From assembly GCA_977017575.1 (NCBI GenBank), contig CDRNVI010000076.1, forward strand, positions 45,618-109,617: a stretch of DNA of 64,000 nucleotides, in the 5' to 3' direction. Shown piece after piece: positions 47,889-61,992 of this stretch; within the stretch, counting starts at the first letter, position 1; every line of letters starts with the position of its first letter. This DNA is from Paramoeba atlantica. Taxonomy: Eukaryota; Protista; Discosea. The notes beneath the pieces were generated by a model. It was not told where the DNA came from. It saw nothing but the letters and a program-made list of their open reading frames with translations, and made no database searches. The position numbers were made by a program, and so were the translations under genes.

Positions 47889-50122
47889 TAGGTGCAATTT
47901 TGCAATTCAATCTACCTAACAAGGAGTAGGTAACAAGGCCTAACTTAGGCAACAACAAGGCAATAGTCTTGACACACACACTCAGATCCCTGCATGGGAT
48001 CTCACAAACGTGCATTCCATATAAACAACCACAGGGGTGGTCAATAAAAAAGGACCCCACATTCTCGTCACCAACATCCACGGTGAGTCCTGCACAACCC
48101 TCTCTCTTCAAGCTTATACAGCTTCCTCACTATATAAATGAAACAGATGTAGAGCACATAGCAGGTGTGCTATGTGTGATCATGTGTTGATACACTCTCA
48201 CTCCACGGTCAAGTCTCAACAACCTCATGGTTGGGTCAGACACCCACTCACACGACAACAAAGTCCTTATGCACGACCTGGTGTAAGTGTTGGAGGAACC
48301 TCGGTTCCGACTCACTGAGCCCGTGTACGTGCCCATAGGTGCAATTTTGCAATTCAATCTACCTAACAAGGAGTAAACAAAGATAACACAAAGGTGTTAT
48401 GCCTTGATCACAGAGACAAAACCGTCTCGATCACAAAGACTCCGCATTACAGTGTGGGGATCTCAGGAACGTGCTTCTCATGTGCACAAGAATGTATGTG
48501 TTCCACATGCACGAGAGGTACATAAAGCGCTTCATGGTAGTCTCATGGTTGGGTCAGACACCCACTCACACGACAACAAAGTCTTTATGCACGACCTGGT
48601 GTAAGTGTTGGAGGAATCTCCTTAACAAAGATATAGGAGTAAACAAAGGCCATGTCTTGATCACAAAGACGCTCCGCATTACGGCGTGGGGATCTCAGGA
48701 ACGTGCTTCTCATGTGCACAAGAACATGTGTGAATCAACACACTACCTTCTTACTTAACCTCTTTTACACACAGCTTGGGTCTTACGGCATACACAAGAG
48801 TAGGTGCATACGACGCATAAGACAAAAAAATCAGAATGATCTAGTTGAAAGAACCTCCGTTCCGACTCACTGTACTACCACTTTGTTCCACAGATCGCTC
48901 TGTTTTTAACCGGATGGGAGTAGCTTAGTATGATTGAAATGGATTGAATGCGTAACGACGCCTCCAATCCCTCCACCGAGGCACGGCATCCACACCGCAG
49001 TGAGGATGATGCGTGCGCAAGAGTTAGTACTGTCTGAGAATAAAAAAATCAACAAGGTACAGAAACTGTATCTCTATCGTTACCGTGTACATGCCTCTAA
49101 GTGCAATTTCGCAAATCAACGAAAACAAATGATCCTTCACAGGGCAGACATACTCATGACTCTGCTTTCAAGGCACTGCAGTCATGAGCTGCAGTCATTT
49201 TGGGGGCGAGGTTGTCCAGTGATTGACTGCTCGTTACACTCGCTTAGCGATGAATTCCGATCCTTCATCCCTTCGTCAAAGTCATCCCACTTCCGATTTA
49301 CGTCATCTATCTTCCCGGAATACGGGAAATTCGTTTTTGAGTGGGAATGTTCTATGAGAGAGAAAGCACTGAGTATGGAGAGGAAAGCTAGTGAACAAGA
49401 GAGCCAAACTACAAATTTTATAAGTAGTGCACGTGAATTTGTTCCGTACATCGATAAGTAGCGTACCTGGATAAGTAGCGTGCTTGGGGGCACAGATGGG
49501 CGTTGTAGTAGTTTGGATGAGTACTCATCGAAACGACCTCTGCACATGGTACTTTGGATGAGTACTTTTCACTATATTACCAACGTCTGACTCTGTAAGG
49601 CTAAACTGTGAACGTAGCCCTGGGACACGTGTGCTTCTCTCTAGATTCGTGGGAAGCAATTTGCGAAGCCCAACTACTTGATAACAAATTTTAGTACCCA
49701 TTTTGGCCGCGCGGGGGCCCCCGCGTGAGCGGGGGTGCGCGCGGCCGCGAAACGGCGAGGGCCCGCGTGAGCGGGCCTGAGCCGTACCCCGCGTAGGATT
49801 CCCCTGTGCGTCGTTAGTGGGAAGCAATTTGCGAAGCTCACCGATTTTCGTAGTTTTCTCTACGCAGGCGTTGTCAACGTATGTAGTGAAGTGTAGGATA
49901 CTGAACGCACGGAAAACGAAAATCAAAAAAAAATCTTGGGTGTTCCACAAAAGTCCTTGACTTATGCAAAAGTCCTTGACTTCCACCGGCGCTGAGAACC
50001 TATGTCTGCCACTTCCGCAGGATTGTGTATTTTTGTACTATATTGCATCACCTATAACCTGGCAACAATTTACGTGATTGCTGACTACGGAAGAAAGTAC
50101 TCATGAGATGCGCCACGGAAGA

Positions 50123-50513
50123 AAGTACTCATCCAAAGTACCATGTGCAGAGGTCGTTTCAATGAGTACTCATCCAAACTACCATGTGAAGAGGTCGTTT
50201 CGATGAGTACTCATCCAAACTACCATGTGAAGAGGTCGTTTCGATGAGTACTCATCCAAACTACCATGTTAAGAGGTCGTTTCAATGAGTACTCATCCAA
50301 ACTACCATGTGAAGAGGTCGTTTCAATGAGTACTCATCCAAACTACCATGTGAAGAGGTCGTTTCAATGAGTACGCATCCAAACTACCATGTGAAGAGGT
50401 CGTTTCAATGAGTACTCATCCAAACTACCATGTGAAGAGGTCGTTTCAATGAGTACTCATCCAAACTACCATGTGAAGAGGTCATTTCGATGAGTACTCA
50501 TCCAAACTACCAT
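50123..50513. repeat. 41-bp array, unit 5
   Basis: Same as unit 1. Confidence 0.95.
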
Positions 50514-50686
50514 TACAACGCGATTTATGGTAGTTTGGATGAGTACTTCCATTTTCGTCGGAGGCCGGTGATAGTAGTTTGGATGAGTACTCATCGAAAC
50601 TACCACAACCCCCTAGGAGGTAATGGTAGTTTGGATGAGTACTCATCGGAACTACCACAATCCCCACAGATGCATCGAGCTCCCTC

Positions 50687-51066
50687 TGAAAAAGTGACAG
50701 CTGGCCACCCTATGAAAAAGTGGCCACCTGGCCCCGCTTTGAAAAAGTGGCCACCTGGCCACCCTATGAAAAAGTGGCCACCTGGCCACCCTATAAAAAA
50801 GTGGCCACCTGGCCACCCTATGAAAAAGTGGCCAGCTAGCCCCGCTTTGAAAAAGTGGCCACCTGGCCACCCTATGCGTAACCTGGCCACCCCATAAAAA
50901 AGGGGCCACCTGGCCACCCTATCGAAAAGTAGCCACCTGGCCACCCTATGAAAAAGTGGCCACCTGGCCACCCTATGAAAAAGTGGCCACCTGGCCGCCC
51001 TATGAAAAAGTGGCCACCTGGCCGCCCTATGAAGAAGTGGCCACCTGGCCACCCTATGAAAAAGTG
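50687..51066. repeat. 27-bp array, unit 5
   Basis: Same as unit 1. Confidence 0.95.
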
Positions 51067-51996
51067 TGGTGTCCGGGTGATAGCCAGGCACGATCCAAAA
51101 TTTACTGCTTTTAGCCGCGTGCTCCAGGCTATGAAATCATAGCTTTTGCCGCACTGCACACTTTTTAGGCTGTGCGCACTACGGACGGCACATCGGCCAA
51201 GCATCCAATGATCATTTGTTAGTGTGTATGGGTATTTACCCTAGTTTCCTAGTGTTTCGTTGTGTTAACACTGGGTAACTCCATACGCGGGAAAGAATCT
51301 GTCCTACTTTTTTAGCACCTTGATTTATTGGTGACGGGCAGACTCTTTCCGCGGCATTCCTCACACCCTAGTTCTTTGGCGCCTTGTTTTGTTGCCGCCG
51401 GGTGCTGGAATTGCTATTTTTGGAGATGAAAAAGGTCCAAAAAGTTGTTCACCCACTCACTGTAATCCTGTAAGAAACCCCTTTTGTCCTACAAGTGGGG
51501 TCGTAGCGCAAGCTTCTCTCGCGAGAGACTTCCCTATGTCGGTCCTCGTACTCTTTTGAAGCGGGGCTGAGACAACTTTCACACCGTTGGCGGTGCAGGT
51601 GGTGAAAGAGAAAAAATTAGAGATCAGCAATGAGGGGATTCACGCGGCGACGTAGGCATTGAACAAGGGTTTTCTTTCTCAAAAGTTTCTACAGAAAGTG
51701 TGTGTTTCCACTCACGCACCTCACTGGAGACACCCCATTAACTGGGTAGCGCGAGACTTGCTAACCAACGCTTAAGTGAATCTCGTGTTGCGTCAGGCTC
51801 TGCTTTGCTTGTATTCGCTAAAACTACACTGCTCCGGATTGTTAGAATTGAAGATTTTTATGCTTTGGTCTCTGCTGGAGATGGGGTAGGATTATCTCTC
51901 CCACCTGACACATCCAAAAGGATATCTAGACAACATCATCCCGTTCGGTTAATAAGAAAGGGGTGCTTAACGAAAAAGTGGTGCTTAGCAAAGAAG

Positions 51997-52168
51997 GGGT
52001 GGGTTGCCTGGAAAAGTAACGTACCTTCTTGGTTTCCCGAAACGATTTATTCCGTGAGATCCCGATGATTAGTCCTTCCCGAGGGTGGGTTGCCTGGAAA
52101 AGTAACGTACCTTCTTGGTTTCCCGAAACGATTTATTCCGTGAGATCCCGATGATTAGTCCTTCCCGA
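51997..52168. repeat. Unit-specific 86-bp tandem duplication (51997-52082 and 52083-52168)
   Basis: GGGTGGGTTGCCTGGAAAAG...AGTCCTTCCCGA is present twice in this spacer only. Confidence 0.95.
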
Positions 52169-52173
52169 GATGG

Positions 52174-52280
52174 AAAAAGTGGCCACCTGGCCACCCCCCA
52201 AAAAAAGTGGCCACCTGGCCACCCCCCAAAAAAAGTGGCCACCTGGCCACCCCCCCAAAAAAAGTGGCCACCTGGCCACC
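52174..52280. repeat. 28/29-bp array, unit 5: 4 cores
   Basis: Cores at 52179, 52207, 52235, 52264 (28,28,29). Confidence 0.95.
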
Positions 52281-52541
52281 AAAAACACGGTTTGCATTTT
52301 GTATATATAAGATGAAAAAAATTTTGGATGGTTCGACCCGTAATTGAAAGTGAGGCGAAAGTGCCCACAAGTCGCAACGCAGCTCACTCGTATGATTGAA
52401 TACATCTTGTGGCTTCCTAGTAAGCCGATGTATGCACGATGAGGAACAGAAATACAGTCCCATTGAGATGGGTACTACATTGAACCTTGCAGTTTACTGT
52501 GAGGGAACAGATTGAGAGAGGAATCACCCTCCCTTTCAAGA

Positions 52542-54566
52542 AACCTGGTTGATTCTGCCAGTAGTCATATGCTTGTTTCAAGGATTAAGCCATGCAAGCC
52601 TAAGAGTAACTGAGACAATAGGAGGTCTGCGAACGGCTCATTATATCAGAAATGATCTACCGGGAGAATTGCAGTGAAAACTGCTTGAATGGATAACTTC
52701 GCGAAAGGCGAAGCTAATACATGTACGTCACGTGACACATTCCATTCAACCACTGCGGGGAAACCCAAGGTGGGGAATGTGGCTCGCGAATGGTTGGTAC
52801 AAAGACCGACGCCAGTAATGGCAGTGTCGTAAATTGATGAATCAAACCATTCAGCAAAAGCGCACCTTTGGTGTGCGAGTCCCGACGAATTTCTGCCCTA
52901 TCAGCTTTTGACGGTAGTGTAGTGGACTACCGTGGCGATAACGGGTACGGGGAATTAGGGTTCGATTCCGGAGAGGGAGCCTGAGAAACAGCTACCACTT
53001 CTACGGAGGGCAGCAGGCGCGTAAATTGCCCAATGCCAAATTGGTGAGGCAGCGAAGAGAAATAGCGTCCCCGCCTCTTTGAGTGTGGGGTTCGCAATGG
53101 GTGGTACGTAAACCCACCAACGAGTAACAATTGGAGGACAAGTCTGGTGCCAGCACCCGCGGTAATTCCAGCTCCAATAGCGTATATTAACGTTGTTGCT
53201 GTTAAAGGGTTCGTAGTTGAATTCAGAGTGGTGAAAGTTTGCTGCCTCGGCAGCTCTTCCTCACCACTCTGTCCTAGACGGGGCCGGAGTCTGCGGAAGC
53301 GTCCCTTCAGTGGTGACGTGGAAGCGGTTGGCCGAAGAGGCTAACATCCCACATGCAACGCATGTCGAGACCGCCCGTCGTTATCACTGTGAAGAAAACA
53401 GCGTGTTCAAAGCAGCCGCCTGCGGCTGGATGATAAAGCATGGAATGACAAAGCATCGACCACTGGGTCAGTCTTTTGTCGGTTTTTACGACCCAACATG
53501 GGTAATCGGTTGGCGAAGTGTTAATTTCCGTCACCTTGTGTGATGGAAAGCTTCGTCGAACACGGGATCAATGGGGGTTGTCGGGGGAAAACGTATCTGA
53601 GCGTGAGAGGTGAAATTCTTAGACCGCTCGGGGACGAACTTATGCGAAGGCATTTTCCAAGTATACCTTCATCAATCAAGAACTAAAGTGTGGAGATCGA
53701 AGATGATTAGATACCATTGTAGTCCACGACTGCAAACGATGACGCCCATGGATCGGATAGCATTTTGCTCTGATGGGATCTTTTCGGCACTGCTCCCCCT
53801 TCAACGCGAAAGCTGAGGCTATGGTCTCATGGGGGAGTACGTTCGCAAGGCTGAAACTTAAAGAAATTGACGGAATGGCACCACCAGGCGTGGAGTGTGC
53901 GGTTTAATTTGACTCAACACGGGGAACCTTACCAGGACAGGACAACGGTAGGATTGACAGATTGAGAGTTCTTTCTTAATTCGTTTGACGGTGGTGCATG
54001 GCCGCTTTTGGTCGGTGAAGTGATTTGTTTGGTTGATTCCTTTAACGGACGAGACCCAATCCGCTTACTAGGGGCACCATCTACCGAAAGGTAAACGGAA
54101 GCGAGGGGATTCGTCCCACTCGTCTTCCCAGATAGTGCATCCCCTTCTTCGCGGCATTCCGTGCGCCTTAGCACGGTGGCATTTTGGGCAACAGCAGGTC
54201 CGTGATGCTCCTAAATGTCCTGGGCGACACGCGCACTACAATGACAAAGTGAATGAGTGAAGCCTTTTTGGTCCTTCTTCGAAAGAAGTGGGGAAACTGA
54301 GAAAACTCTGTCGTGCTTGGGATCGAAGCTTGCAATTATTCTTCTTGAACGAGGAATGCCTAGTAGACGTGCTTCATCAAAGCGCATTGACTACGTCCCT
54401 GCCATTTGTACACACCGCCCGTCGTTGTTACCGATGCCAGTTGGATAAAGGTTAACGGACTTGCGATCCCTTCGAGGATTGTGGGAAAGTTAACCCATAT
54501 TTAACTAGTAGAGGAAGCAAAAGTCGTAACAAGGTAGCTGTAGGTGAACCTGCAGCTGGATCATTT
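52542..54566 (+). rRNA. 18S rRNA, complete
   Basis: Matches 9043-11067. Confidence 0.98.
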
Positions 54567-54819
54567 CGAAAGTTTTCGAACCTTGAACAACAGGCACACC
54601 GTACGGTGCGTCCTAACACAGCCCTCCCGAGTGCTCGTTTGCGCTCGGGGAAGGGAAACCGTCTGTTCCAAACCCCGTTCGCGGGGTTTGGGGGGACTCT
54701 TTTTTTGTTCCTCCTCGTCGACGGCGCAAGCCGTAGACGGCTCAAGGGGGTTTACTCGGCCCGGTGCTACGCGTGGGGGGGAAACCCCCCACGCGCCCGG
54801 ATGAAACCGAGTCATGTAT

Positions 54820-54977
54820 AACTTATGACGGTGGATGTCTTGGCTTCCCAATCGATGAAGGACGCGGCAATATGCGATAATTCGTACGCATTGCAGAATC
54901 AAGCGTAGTACTAAACCTTTGAACGCAACATGTGTGCTGGGTCTCGCACTCAAGCACGTCCACAGTTCAGTGCCGAT
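54820..54977 (+). rRNA. 5.8S rRNA, unit 6
   Basis: Offset 54425 from unit 1. Confidence 0.93.
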
Positions 54978-55049
54978 AACCTTGCTGGGGAACGACACGT
55001 GCCCTGAAATCGAATTCCGTTGGTGTCTCACACCAAAGAAACCATTTTC

Positions 55050-56460
55050 AAGGCCTGAGCTGTGGTCGACCACCCGCTGAACTTAAGCATATCATTAAGC
55101 GGAGGAAAAGAAAACAACTGTGATTCCCCTAGTAGCGGCGAGCGAAGAGGGATTAGCCCAATCCGAATCGGATCACATCCGAATTGTGGGGTAAGAGGTC
55201 TCAGGAAAGCCTGGACACTCGGACAAGTCTTCCTGGAACGGAGCGCCATAGAGGGTGAGAGCCCCTTGATCCGAGTCCTCCTCAGGCGGGATTAACTTGA
55301 GACTTGCGGAGTAGTACTGCTTGGGAATGCAGTGCGAAGGGCAGGTATACCTCTGCCAAGGCTAAATATCTTGGGAAGACCGATAGCATACAAGTAGCGT
55401 GAGCGAAAGATGAAAAGCACTTTGGAGAGAGAGTGAAATAGCACCTGAAGCCGTCATAAGATAAGGGATGTACCACTATCCAAGACGTGTGTAGGGCACC
55501 TCGGGGGCAACCCCGGGGTGTCTTCCGCACACGTCATGTCTGTCGCTGTTCCCACGCCGAGCAAGGGGGTTGGTGTGATTTCGCACCTTCGTCACTTTTG
55601 TACTCGAGCGTGTGGTTGGGACAGTCTTACCCTTCGGGAGGGATGAAACGGTGGAGATCTCGGCTGCGGCTCCGTCCTGGGTTTGGAGCGTCTCCCGCCC
55701 TCGGGTGGGGGCCTCCGGCTCGGATGGGGTTCGCGGCAGGAGCTCCCGTGTTCGCTCTCCACAGACAGACTTTGAGATGGCCATAGGCCACGATGGGGTT
55801 CATCCGCCCGTCTTGAAACACGGACCAAGGAGTCTAACAAGTATGCGAGTCATATACTGGAAAGGTATAAGGCGTACTGAAAGGGAAGCGCGTATGTCCG
55901 CGTGAGGTGTCAACCCGTTGTGCGGGGTTATGCCCCGCACCCGGGTGCAACACCGGCCGAGACTTGGCCATGGGCCGGGTTTTTGAGCCTGAGCATACAT
56001 GTTGGGACCCGAAAGGTGGTGATCTATGCCTGAACAGGACGAAGCCGAGGGAAACCTGGGTGGAGGTCCGTAGCGATGTTGACGTGCAAATCACTCGTTG
56101 GATTTGGGTATAGGGGCGAAAGACTCATCGAACCACCTAGTAGCTGGTTCACCCCGAAGTTTCCCTCAGGATAGCTGGTGACAGTAAAGCAGTCGTGTGC
56201 GGTAAAGCAAATGATTAGAGGCATTGGCTTCAATTTGATGTCGACCTATTCTCAAACTTTAAACGTGCACAGCATTTGGCTTGCTTTCATGAAGCCAAAG
56301 GTAATGGATGATGTCACCAAGTGGGCCTCTTTCGGTAAGCGGAACAGGCGATGCGGAATGCTCCGCAAGGGAACTTAAGGCGCCTAAGTGCGGGCTCATA
56401 GATACCATGAAGGGTGTTCGTTGATCTAGACAGCAGGACGGTGGCCATGGAAGTCGGAAT

Positions 56461-56494
<34 letters not shown>

Positions 56495-57588
56495 TCAACC
56501 AGCCCCGAAAATGGATGGCGCTCAAGCCCGCCGCCGACAGTTCCCCGGAACTGTAACTGTGGGAGGGCACAAGAAACACAGTTCCGTGTAGGGGTGCGTG
56601 GAGGCAAAGCTGCGAAGCCTTTGGCGTGAGCCTGGGTGGAGCTGCCTCTAGTGCAGATCTTGGTTGTAGTAGCGAATATTCAACTGCGGAAATTCCGCGA
56701 TATATCGTTGAAGGCTGAAGTGGGGAAGGGTTTCGTGTCAACGGCGATCGGACACGAGTCACTCGGTACTAAAGCCAACGTTGGACCGCACTTGTGGAAC
56801 GGGGTGATGGCCGCCCGGGCGCCGCGTTCGCTCACCTCGTGTGGGCGGGCGTCGATGCCTGGGAACTCTACGGCTCCACCCAGTTGGCTGAAAGTAAAGC
56901 GGGCTTAACATTCCCGCAGCTGACCATGGGAATTTGAGGCGGTAACGCTTTTGAGACGATGCTGGTGACAGTGTGGGACGGGCCCGGAAGAGTTCTCTTT
57001 TCTTTTGAATGGACTTCCCCCTCCGTTGAGTTCGCGTCGTGCGGTGACGCGGAAGGGGATCCAGCAAAGCCATGCATTTGTGCGTGGTAGGGAAACCGTC
57101 TCACGCTTCAGAAAAAGCCAGCGGGGTCCTATTTCCTGATGGCAGGCCGTACCCATATCCGCATCCGGTCCCCAAGCTTAGAAAGCTCTAGCCAATAGAA
57201 CAAGGTAGTCTAAGGGAAGTCGGCAAATTAGATGCGTATGCTCGCGAGAAGCATTGGCTCTGAAGGCAAAGCTGTTGGGAGCCGGCAAGTCCCTGGGCTC
57301 AAGGTCCTGGCTGACGTGCCCGCGTCGCGTGCTCCGCCCGCCTTGCGTGGGTGGGGCGTGTGTGCTGCGGTGTCACGCTTGACGGGGCCTCCAGGGACTA
57401 CGCCGACCCTTCGGGGACGGTGCAGCCGGGCAAACTCTCACAGCGCTGAATTGCTGTTTCAGAACTGCTTACCAAGGGGAATCCAACTGTATAATTAAAA
57501 CACAGGCTTGCGACGCAGCCAAGTGCTGTATGACGCAAGCTGATTTCTGCCCAGTGCTCTGAATGTCAATGTGACGAGATTCACCTAC

Positions 57589-57645
<57 letters not shown>

Positions 57646-58390
57646 TTCTAATTAGAGACGCGCATGAATGGATTAATGAGATTCCCACTGTCCCTAGCTA
57701 CCATCTAGCGAACCAACTGCGTCAAGGGAACGGTCTTGAATGATTAAGCGGGGAAAGAAGACCCTGTTGAGTTTGACTCCAGTCTCAGTTTGCCGGGCGA
57801 CATAGGAGGTGTAGTCATAGGTGGGAGGTGCTCGAAAGGGTGCCGGTTCTGAAAAACCACTTCTTTTATCGTTGCTCGGCAAATCCAATGATAAGGCAAA
57901 GGGAGTTATGTCTTAAGGGGCTTCACGGCTCCCAGGGCATTCGTGCACCGTCCGAGTCCTACGGGAAATTCAACGGTGCCAACTCACCTGTTGTAGCTCT
58001 AAACCCAGGTGCGGATGTACCAGGGTGAGCCTATGTTTGGAGACAAGACTGAGATGGGGAGTTTGGCTGGGGCGGCATATCTGCTAAACGACAACGCAGG
58101 TGTCCTAAGGCGAGCTCAGTGAGGACAGAAACCTCACGTGGCGCACAAGGGCAAAAGCTCGCTTGATCTTAGACTTTCAGTACGAGTCTAGAATGTGAAA
58201 GCATGGCCAGCGATCCTTTGAGCACGTACATTCAGGTATAATGCCAGAGGTGTCATAAAAATTACCACAGGGATAACTGGCTTGTGGCAGCCAAGCGTTC
58301 CTAGCGACGTTGCCGTTTGATCCTTCGATGTCGGCTCTTCCTAGCCTTGCGCCGCAGTTGACGCAAAGGGTCGGATTGTTCACCCGGATG

Positions 58391-58434
<44 letters not shown>

Positions 58435-58814
58435 TTACCCTACTTAATCAAACATTTCGGCAGGTTTGCCGAGGGAAATACGAAGTAGTACGAGAGGAAC
58501 TTTCGTTTCGCCTCCCTAGCAACAGCGGCCCTTTGAAAAGAGGCGCCGCAAGACCACCAGGCGATGATTAACAGCTGAACGCCTCTTAAGCTGGAAATCA
58601 ATCCCGAAGCAAACTTGGGCCTTCTAGGCCACTTGGGCGCAAAACGCGAGCGCGAAAACCATAATTACTCAAGTAATACGCGCGGTAGTAACCCTACCCC
58701 TATGAAAGAGCGGAGCGTCCAATCACACCCGGAACAGACGATTCCTTATGCACGACCTGGTGTAAGTGTTGGAGGAACCTCGGTTCCGACTCACTGAGCC
58801 CGTGTACGTGCCCA
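55050..58814 (+). rRNA. LSU rRNA, unit 6
   Basis: Offset 54425 from unit 1. Confidence 0.95.
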
Positions 58815-61048
58815 TAGGTGCAATTTTGCAATTCAATCTACCTAACAAGGAGTAGGTAACAAGGCCTAACTTAGGCAACAACAAGGCAATAGTCTTGACA
58901 CACACACTCAGATCCCTGCATGGGATCTCACAAACGTGCATTCCATATAAACAACCACAGGGGTGGTCAATAAAAAAGGACCCCACATTCTCGTCACCAA
59001 CATCCACGGTGAGTCCTGCACAACCCTCTCTCTTCAAGCTTATACAGCTTCCTCACTATATAAATGAAACAGATGTAGAGCACATAGCAGGTGTGCTATG
59101 TGTGATCATGTGTTGATACACTCTCACTCCACGGTCAAGTCTCAACAACCTCATGGTTGGGTCAGACACCCACTCACACGACAACAAAGTCCTTATGCAC
59201 GACCTGGTGTAAGTGTTGGAGGAACCTCGGTTCCGACTCACTGAGCCCGTGTACGTGCCCATAGGTGCAATTTTGCAATTCAATCTACCTAACAAGGAGT
59301 AAACAAAGATAACACAAAGGTGTTATGCCTTGATCACAGAGACAAAACCGTCTCGATCACAAAGACTCCGCATTACAGTGTGGGGATCTCAGGAACGTGC
59401 TTCTCATGTGCACAAGAATGTATGTGTTCCACATGCACGAGAGGTACATAAAGCGCTTCATGGTAGTCTCATGGTTGGGTCAGACACCCACTCACACGAC
59501 AACAAAGTCTTTATGCACGACCTGGTGTAAGTGTTGGAGGAATCTCCTTAACAAAGATATAGGAGTAAACAAAGGCCATGTCTTGATCACAAAGACGCTC
59601 CGCATTACGGCGTGGGGATCTCAGGAACGTGCTTCTCATGTGCACAAGAACATGTGTGAATCAACACACTACCTTCTTACTTAACCTCTTTTACACACAG
59701 CTTGGGTCTTACGGCATACACAAGAGTAGGTGCATACGACGCATAAGACAAAAAAATCAGAATGATCTAGTTGAAAGAACCTCCGTTCCGACTCACTGTA
59801 CTACCACTTTGTTCCACAGATCGCTCTGTTTTTAACCGGATGGGAGTAGCTTAGTATGATTGAAATGGATTGAATGCGTAACGACGCCTCCAATCCCTCC
59901 ACCGAGGCACGGCATCCACACCGCAGTGAGGATGATGCGTGCGCAAGAGTTAGTACTGTCTGAGAATAAAAAAATCAACAAGGTACAGAAACTGTATCTC
60001 TATCGTTACCGTGTACATGCCTCTAAGTGCAATTTCGCAAATCAACGAAAACAAATGATCCTTCACAGGGCAGACATACTCATGACTCTGCTTTCAAGGC
60101 ACTGCAGTCATGAGCTGCAGTCATTTTGGGGGCGAGGTTGTCCAGTGATTGACTGCTCGTTACACTCGCTTAGCGATGAATTCCGATCCTTCATCCCTTC
60201 GTCAAAGTCATCCCACTTCCGATTTACGTCATCTATCTTCCCGGAATACGGGAAATTCGTTTTTGAGTGGGAATGTTCTATGAGAGAGAAAGCACTGAGT
60301 ATGGAGAGGAAAGCTAGTGAACAAGAGAGCCAAACTACAAATTTTATAAGTAGTGCACGTGAATTTGTTCCGTACATCGATAAGTAGCGTACCTGGATAA
60401 GTAGCGTGCTTGGGGGCACAGATGGGCGTTGTAGTAGTTTGGATGAGTACTCATCGAAACGACCTCTGCACATGGTACTTTGGATGAGTACTTTTCACTA
60501 TATTACCAACGTCTGACTCTGTAAGGCTAAACTGTGAACGTAGCCCTGGGACACGTGTGCTTCTCTCTAGATTCGTGGGAAGCAATTTGCGAAGCCCAAC
60601 TACTTGATAACAAATTTTAGTACCCATTTTGGCCGCGCGGGGGCCCCCGCGTGAGCGGGGGTGCGCGCGGCCGCGAAACGGCGAGGGCCCGCGTGAGCGG
60701 GCCTGAGCCGTACCCCGCGTAGGATTCCCCTGTGCGTCGTTAGTGGGAAGCAATTTGCGAAGCTCACCGATTTTCGTAGTTTTCTCTACGCAGGCGTTGT
60801 CAACGTATGTAGTGAAGTGTAGGATACTGAACGCACGGAAAACGAAAATCAAAAAAAAATCTTGGGTGTTCCACAAAAGTCCTTGACTTATGCAAAAGTC
60901 CTTGACTTCCACCGGCGCTGAGAACCTATGTCTGCCACTTCCGCAGGATTGTGTATTTTTGTACTATATTGCATCACCTATAACCTGGCAACAATTTACG
61001 TGATTGCTGACTACGGAAGAAAGTACTCATGAGATGCGCCACGGAAGA

Positions 61049-61439
61049 AAGTACTCATCCAAAGTACCATGTGCAGAGGTCGTTTCAATGAGTACTCATC
61101 CAAACTACCATGTGAAGAGGTCGTTTCGATGAGTACTCATCCAAACTACCATGTGAAGAGGTCGTTTCGATGAGTACTCATCCAAACTACCATGTTAAGA
61201 GGTCGTTTCAATGAGTACTCATCCAAACTACCATGTGAAGAGGTCGTTTCAATGAGTACTCATCCAAACTACCATGTGAAGAGGTCGTTTCAATGAGTAC
61301 GCATCCAAACTACCATGTGAAGAGGTCGTTTCAATGAGTACTCATCCAAACTACCATGTGAAGAGGTCGTTTCAATGAGTACTCATCCAAACTACCATGT
61401 GAAGAGGTCATTTCGATGAGTACTCATCCAAACTACCAT
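61049..61439. repeat. 41-bp array, unit 6
   Basis: Same as unit 1. Confidence 0.95.
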
Positions 61440-61612
61440 TACAACGCGATTTATGGTAGTTTGGATGAGTACTTCCATTTTCGTCGGAGGCCGGTGATAG
61501 TAGTTTGGATGAGTACTCATCGAAACTACCACAACCCCCTAGGAGGTAATGGTAGTTTGGATGAGTACTCATCGGAACTACCACAATCCCCACAGATGCA
61601 TCGAGCTCCCTC

Positions 61613-61992
61613 TGAAAAAGTGACAGCTGGCCACCCTATGAAAAAGTGGCCACCTGGCCCCGCTTTGAAAAAGTGGCCACCTGGCCACCCTATGAAAAAG
61701 TGGCCACCTGGCCACCCTATAAAAAAGTGGCCACCTGGCCACCCTATGAAAAAGTGGCCAGCTAGCCCCGCTTTGAAAAAGTGGCCACCTGGCCACCCTA
61801 TGCGTAACCTGGCCACCCCATAAAAAAGGGGCCACCTGGCCACCCTATCGAAAAGTAGCCACCTGGCCACCCTATGAAAAAGTGGCCACCTGGCCACCCT
61901 ATGAAAAAGTGGCCACCTGGCCGCCCTATGAAAAAGTGGCCACCTGGCCGCCCTATGAAGAAGTGGCCACCTGGCCACCCTATGAAAAAGTG
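61613..61992. repeat. 27-bp array, unit 6
   Basis: Same as unit 1. Confidence 0.95.
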
